Shown one piece after another: positions 59,957 through 64,000 of a DNA stretch of 64,000 nucleotides (position 1 is its first letter; each line of letters begins with the position of its first letter). Where the stretch lies: positions 33,412-97,411 of the IMG/VR virus record IMGVR_UViG_3300036670_000258. One strand, given 5' to 3'. The stretch is from a virus (taxonomy: Duplodnaviria; Heunggongvirae; Uroviricota; Caudoviricetes). The position numbers were made by a program, and so were the translations under genes. The notes below the pieces were generated by a model. The model was not told the DNA's origin. It ran no database searches and saw nothing but the letters and a program-made list of their open reading frames with translations.

Positions 59957-60655
59957 TTAAATACCATGTTTAATTCTGTTAAATATGCAATATTGCATAA
60001 GTGGAATCATACATTCATCATGTGCAGGCATTTCACCTTTGATTTTTACGTCAAATCTAAAAAATCTAAATTTATTACTTTCTAATTCTTTCTCTGAAAT
60101 AAATTGAGCAATACTTTGTAAGTTATTTTTAATTACGAATTGCTTATTTACTTTAAAATTAATCCAATCTATTTTAAAACTCAAAGGTTCCTTATAAGAA
60201 TATACTTCAATATTTTCAAGTTTAGCATCAATATACATTATATAGCCTGTTGTATTTAATGTTCTTTTGTTTGGTATTTCAGTAATTATGCAATTTTTTT
60301 CTAGATTTCTCCATTTGTCTCTAACTAATCTATACATATCTTCTAATAGCTCAATTGCCATATCACATACTTTATAAATGATTTCGTGCTCAGTTTCGGA
60401 CTCATATTTATATTTTAAAGATAATGTGTCAGTGTCGATTCCGATGATCTTTCTAGAATTATTATCTATTATATCCCTGTTGTATTTTATATTATAAAGA
60501 ATTTCTAATTCTGTTTCAACTGTCGACATCGCAGAATAAAGGCTATTATCTAATATAAGGGATTTGATTTCCTTTATTCCAGATAATAGCCTATATTGTT
60601 TTAATTCGTAATCGTAAGGAGTTTCTGTTAACCAATTTTTATTAAAGATGTTCAT
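59957..60655 (-). CDS. hypothetical protein
   Basis: 232-aa ORF; NWL...DYELKQY.LL N-terminus. Confidence 0.7.
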   Translation of the reverse strand: MNIFNKNWLTETPYDYELKQYRLLSGIKEIKSLILDNSLYSAMSTVETELEILYNIKYNRDIIDNNSRKIIGIDTDTLSLKYKYESETEHEIIYKVCDMAIELLEDMYRLVRDKWRNLEKNCIITEIPNKRTLNTTGYIMYIDAKLENIEVYSYKEPLSFKIDWINFKVNKQFVIKNNLQSIAQFISEKELESNKFRFFRFDVKIKGEMPAHDECMIPLMQYCIFNRIKHGI

Positions 60656-60705
60656 ATACTATGTATCTCCATAGACATGCTAATATTTAACAAAAACTTA
60701 TTATA

Positions 60706-61020
60706 TTATAATATTCTTCTAGATTCTGTTGTGTTTTTACCTTTATGGATATCCATTTTATCTCCAGTTACAACAGGAAGTCCACATTGTAATATAAACC
60801 AACTTGCCTCAATCTCAGCTTCTTCTTTAGAAATTTTAAGAACATCTTTCATTCGAAGAACGCAATGATTAATAAAAACGTTTTCCTTTTCGGGTGTTGT
60901 TGTGTATTCCATATACCACATTGGATTTTCACTAACATCTTCAAACTTTACGTTATGATCGATTAATTGATAGTTTTTTAATTCAACGAGTAGATTTCTG
61001 TGTTTTTCTCTTTGTGTCAT
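60706..61020 (-). CDS. hypothetical protein
   Basis: 104-aa ORF, 4-nt overlap with the upstream gene. Confidence 0.65.
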   Translation of the reverse strand: MTQREKHRNLLVELKNYQLIDHNVKFEDVSENPMWYMEYTTTPEKENVFINHCVLRMKDVLKISKEEAEIEASWFILQCGLPVVTGDKMDIHKGKNTTESRRIL

Positions 61021-61244
61021 AATGAAAGTAAAGATATTAATAGTTCATTGTCATTTAGTCTAACATATTCGTCATGTGATATGTCTACCATATATGATCC
61101 TTTGAAGTAATTTGCAGCTATTTTAATAGGTTCACCTCCTGGCTCTATTCGTTCCTTCTCCAATAATTTATTTAAGACATAAATGTCGCTTTGTATTATG
61201 TAAAAGTGTACTCTCATATTATCTCTTGGCAGTAATGATTTCAT
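61017..61244 (-). CDS. hypothetical protein downstream of clpP
   Basis: 75-aa ORF overlapping the clpP end. Confidence 0.55.
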   Translation of the reverse strand: MKSLLPRDNMRVHFYIIQSDIYVLNKLLEKERIEPGGEPIKIAANYFKGSYMVDISHDEYVRLNDNELLISLLSL

Positions 61245-61890
61245 CTATAATTCCATATTTTAATGCCTCTTCGGCGTTTAACCATAAATCCCGAGTCGCA
61301 TCATTCATTACTTGTTCTGGTTTTTTACCACAATATTGTCCTAACAAATTAAATAATTCTTTGTTAACTTTTTTCCATTCAGCCCAATCAATTTCTGCGT
61401 CTTGAATGTTTCCACTAAATCCTCCAGAAGATTGATGTAACATAGTGGTAGAGTGTCTTAGAGAACTTCTCTTACCTTTAGTTCCAGCTCCTAATAATAC
61501 AGAACCCATCGACGCTGCCATTCCTGTGTTAACTGTTTTTATATCTGAGTTGATATATTCCATTACGTCAACCATAGAAAGACCTGATTTTACAGAACCT
61601 CCTCCAGAATCAATATGCATTGTTATATCTCTTTTATCGACAGAATCCAGAAACATTAATTGCGCCTGTACTATTGTTGACATATTATCATTCACAGTTC
61701 CGGCAACCCATAGAACGCGGTCCATCATAAGTCTTGAAAAAATATCCATCTGTGTTGCTCTCAATTCTCTCTCCTCTAAGATATAGGGGGTCATTGATCC
61801 TTGAATTTGTTTCTTATAATATTCCATAGACATTGAGCTTATATTGTGATCGCTCATTGCGTACTTGTTAAATTCTTTTTCGTGGTTCAT
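61219..61890 (-). CDS. clpP: ATP-dependent Clp protease proteolytic subunit
   Basis: DIFSRLMMDR, GGSV..GL, catalytic GMAASMG (Ser), MLHQ (His), RDLWL (Asp), ALKYGIIDEI. Confidence 0.96.
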   Translation of the reverse strand: MNHEKEFNKYAMSDHNISSMSMEYYKKQIQGSMTPYILEERELRATQMDIFSRLMMDRVLWVAGTVNDNMSTIVQAQLMFLDSVDKRDITMHIDSGGGSVKSGLSMVDVMEYINSDIKTVNTGMAASMGSVLLGAGTKGKRSSLRHSTTMLHQSSGGFSGNIQDAEIDWAEWKKVNKELFNLLGQYCGKKPEQVMNDATRDLWLNAEEALKYGIIDEIITAKR

Positions 61891-62187
61891 TTATAATTTT
61901 TCTAAAAGTTGTTTTACATTATTACATTTTTCATATTGTTCGTCTTCCACATAGAAATTAATGCTTCTTATAAGTGCCTGTTTGTATGCTTTCTTTGGAA
62001 GTTTTGCAACCATTATAGTTCCATCCTTTGTAATAAAATGACATAACACGATTTCATTAATTTCTCCACTTATATTTTTTGCAATAAAGTCTATAATGTT
62101 GTCATGGAATTGCGAAGTATCTGCTATTAACATTACGTCATCTACATCAATGCTAAAATTTGGAATTTTATACATGCTATCTATCAT
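61891..62187 (-). CDS. small protein with C-terminal UVR-like helix (family member 4)
   Basis: FYVEDEQYEKCNNVKQLLEKL; immediately upstream of clpP. Confidence 0.7.
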   Translation of the reverse strand: MIDSMYKIPNFSIDVDDVMLIADTSQFHDNIIDFIAKNISGEINEIVLCHFITKDGTIMVAKLPKKAYKQALIRSINFYVEDEQYEKCNNVKQLLEKL

Positions 62188-63038
62188 ACTTTATTTATAT
62201 TAAGATATTCACATAATATTTTATAATACTCGTGTTTATCTTTGTTATTGTTAACCGCTTCATTTATATTATTTATCATTTTAATACCATGATCAGTGAT
62301 TGTCATATTACCATTTTCAATGTTAAACAGTGGAGTAGTTAAATTCATAGTATATTGACTCACATGTGGATGATCCATTACTATCTTTTCGGCTAGCTCA
62401 TAATGCCTCTGATAAAAATGAATGTTATCCGAGTAGTGATGATATGTTCCTAATTCTAAGTCAGGATACGTTGGCTTAAGCCATAAGTGGACATGCTGCT
62501 GTACTAATGCAAAAAATGGAGCGTCAAACGTAAGACCATAAAAAATGTCATTGGATCTCATTTGCACCTTCATATCTAATACATTATCTCTAATCGAAAA
62601 ATTAAGATACATTGTGCACACAAAATCATTGTTTCCTTTTACCTGATATTTAGGTTGATTTAAGAATGCAATGGCTTGTCTTGAATTTTTATCTGATTTT
62701 AATGTGTCAACTACCCATTGTAGTTGATCTCCAAATAAAAGAGATCCGTAATTTGAATTAATTTCATTTGTTCCCGGATTTGTTATGTTTTTCCAGAATC
62801 CAGAAAATTGATTAATGTAGTCGACATTATTATCCTTGTTTAAATACCATACAAGCTCTCCTGCAAAATATTTAAAGTTAAATTCCCTGTCATTGAAATT
62901 TGCAATTGGAGAGGTTGGATCTACTTTATATCCTTTATACATTAGTTCGGCAACCTCTAATTCCCTTGGAGTAGAAAGCTTTCCATCTAATTTAATGTCG
63001 GAAATTATATTTTGAAATACTTTTGAAAAATTTCTCAT
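62184..63038 (-). CDS. thymidylate-synthase-fold enzyme, probable dCMP hydroxymethylase-type
   Basis: NSNYG, SRQAI, DFVCTMYLNFSIRD, MRSNDIFYGLTFD, HIFY-equivalent HFY; Asp at the TS Asn177 position. Confidence 0.8.
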   Translation of the reverse strand: MRNFSKVFQNIISDIKLDGKLSTPRELEVAELMYKGYKVDPTSPIANFNDREFNFKYFAGELVWYLNKDNNVDYINQFSGFWKNITNPGTNEINSNYGSLLFGDQLQWVVDTLKSDKNSRQAIAFLNQPKYQVKGNNDFVCTMYLNFSIRDNVLDMKVQMRSNDIFYGLTFDAPFFALVQQHVHLWLKPTYPDLELGTYHHYSDNIHFYQRHYELAEKIVMDHPHVSQYTMNLTTPLFNIENGNMTITDHGIKMINNINEAVNNNKDKHEYYKILCEYLNINKV

Positions 63039-63064
63039 TTATTTTATTGTTTATTATTATATCA

Positions 63065-64000
63065 TTATTTGATAAAAAGTTTACCATCACCTTTTTTGTG
63101 AGAAATATTATATACTTTATTTCCTTTAACCATAGTTCCTGCAATAATTGAATCAGCTAATAGATCTTCAATATACGTTTGTATTGCTCTCTTTAGGGGT
63201 CTTGCTCCATATTGTGAGTCATATCCATTTTCTGCAATATGTTGCATTGCAGTTTTAGATACTTTTATAAGATATCCTTGTGATTCCATTCTTTTAACAA
63301 CATTTGCAACTTCAATATCTGCAATTTTAATAACGCTTTCGATTGCTAGCGCATCAAATAAAACTATTTCATCAAGTCTGTTTAAGAACTCAGGAGCAAA
63401 CTTATTTTTAAGTTCTTTTCTAATAACTGTTTCCATTTCTAGTTTAAGAGAAGTATTTGAGCTGCTGAATCCAATTCCTCCACCAAATTCTGCAACTCGT
63501 TTTGCACCAACATTACTTGTCATAATGATAATAGTGTTAGTAAAATCTATTGTTCTACCAAGAGTGTCAGTTAATCTACCATCATCAAGAACTTGCAATA
63601 GTGTATTAAAAATATCCGGATGCGCTTTTTCAACTTCATCAAATAATATTACCGAATATGGCTTACGTCTAACTTGTTCTGTTAGTTGACCACCTTGTTC
63701 ATGTCCAATATATCCAGGAGGAGCTCCAATAAGTCGGCTCACATTGAACTTTTCTTGATATTCTGACATATCAATTCTTATGAGCGCATTTTCATTTCCA
63801 AAGTAATATTCAGTTAAAGCTTTAACTGTTTCGGTTTTACCAACGCCAGTTGGTCCAATAAACATAAATGATCCGATTGGTTTTTTAGGAGAGCTTACGC
63901 CTGTTCGACTTCTTTTAATAACCCGACAAAGACCTTCAACTGCTTTGTCTTGTCCAATAATCATCGACTTAAGTTCCTTTTCCATGTCGACTATAATTCG
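63065..64000 (-). CDS. ClpC/ClpB-family AAA+ ATPase, C-terminal (D2) part; 5' end outside the window
   Basis: IIGQDKAV, GPTGVGKTE, RIDMSEYQEK..VSRLIGAPPGYIG, LFDEVEKAHPD, IIMTSN, PEFLNRLDE, YGARPLKRAI; frame open to position 64000 (RIIVD-M). Confidence 0.93.
   Translation of the reverse strand, partial: RIIVDMEKELKSMIIGQDKAVEGLCRVIKRSRTGVSSPKKPIGSFMFIGPTGVGKTETVKALTEYYFGNENALIRIDMSEYQEKFNVSRLIGAPPGYIGHEQGGQLTEQVRRKPYSVILFDEVEKAHPDIFNTLLQVLDDGRLTDTLGRTIDFTNTIIIMTSNVGAKRVAEFGGGIGFSSSNTSLKLEMETVIRKELKNKFAPEFLNRLDEIVLFDALAIESVIKIADIEVANVVKRMESQGYLIKVSKTAMQHIAENGYDSQYGARPLKRAIQTYIEDLLADSIIAGTMVKGNKVYNISHKKGDGKLFIK

Noticed and set aside
469-61786. All plus-strand ORFs in the track (e.g. 469..807, 2231..2545, 57618..58499, 61445..61786)
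   Set aside because: They are antisense shadows of well-supported minus-strand genes, with no recognisable motifs; 57618..58499 is open only because of the repeat's codon bias.
408-63038. Introns or inteins in primase, TS-like, ClpP or PhoH genes
   Set aside because: All have normal lengths with contiguous motifs; no C...HN intein ends or homing endonuclease ORFs were recognised.
63065-63985. Stand-alone single-AAA Clp protein starting at 63985
   Set aside because: The frame stays open to the window edge (RIIVD before Met), so this is most likely a window truncation of a longer ClpC/B.
1-64000. Stop-codon reassignment (seen in some large phages)
   Set aside because: Genes are full length and densely packed under code 11; TAA, TAG (ssb) and TGA (primase) all end genes. 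The single internal TAA is in a truncated remnant.

Overview
A 64-kb, strongly AT-rich segment of a large lytic myovirus-type (T4-like, contractile-tail) bacteriophage. The host is inferred to be Bacteroidota. Every credible gene is on the minus strand in the standard genetic code. In plus-strand order the window holds: (1) a replication block (gp61-like primase, gp32-like SSB, RuvC-like resolvase); (2) a ~35-kb virion block (tube-fold proteins, two paralogous collagen/collar fibers, very large structural proteins, gp6/gp25/gp13/gp5/gp53-like proteins) interrupted by an amidoligase-family gene and a four-domain ribosomal protein S1 homolog; (3) an accessory block (dCMP deaminase, UvsE, RNase HII, PhoH, DnaJ, 3'-5' exonuclease) carrying five copies of a bipartite promoter-like motif with a fixed 29-nt spacer; (4) a cassette of glycosyltransferases and a 2OG-Fe(II) oxygenase around an 89-triplet collagen fiber; (5) ClpP, a Clp ATPase and a thymidylate-synthase-family enzyme with the Asp typical of dCMP hydroxymethylases. 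The best candidates for new systems are four small proteins with unrelated N-termini and a shared C-terminal UVR-like E-x-YEKC helix (possible adaptors of a phage-encoded Clp protease) and the putative fiber hydroxylation/glycosylation cassette. No tRNA, CRISPR array, intron, intein or IS element was recognised. All family calls are by eye from motifs; no database searches were run.
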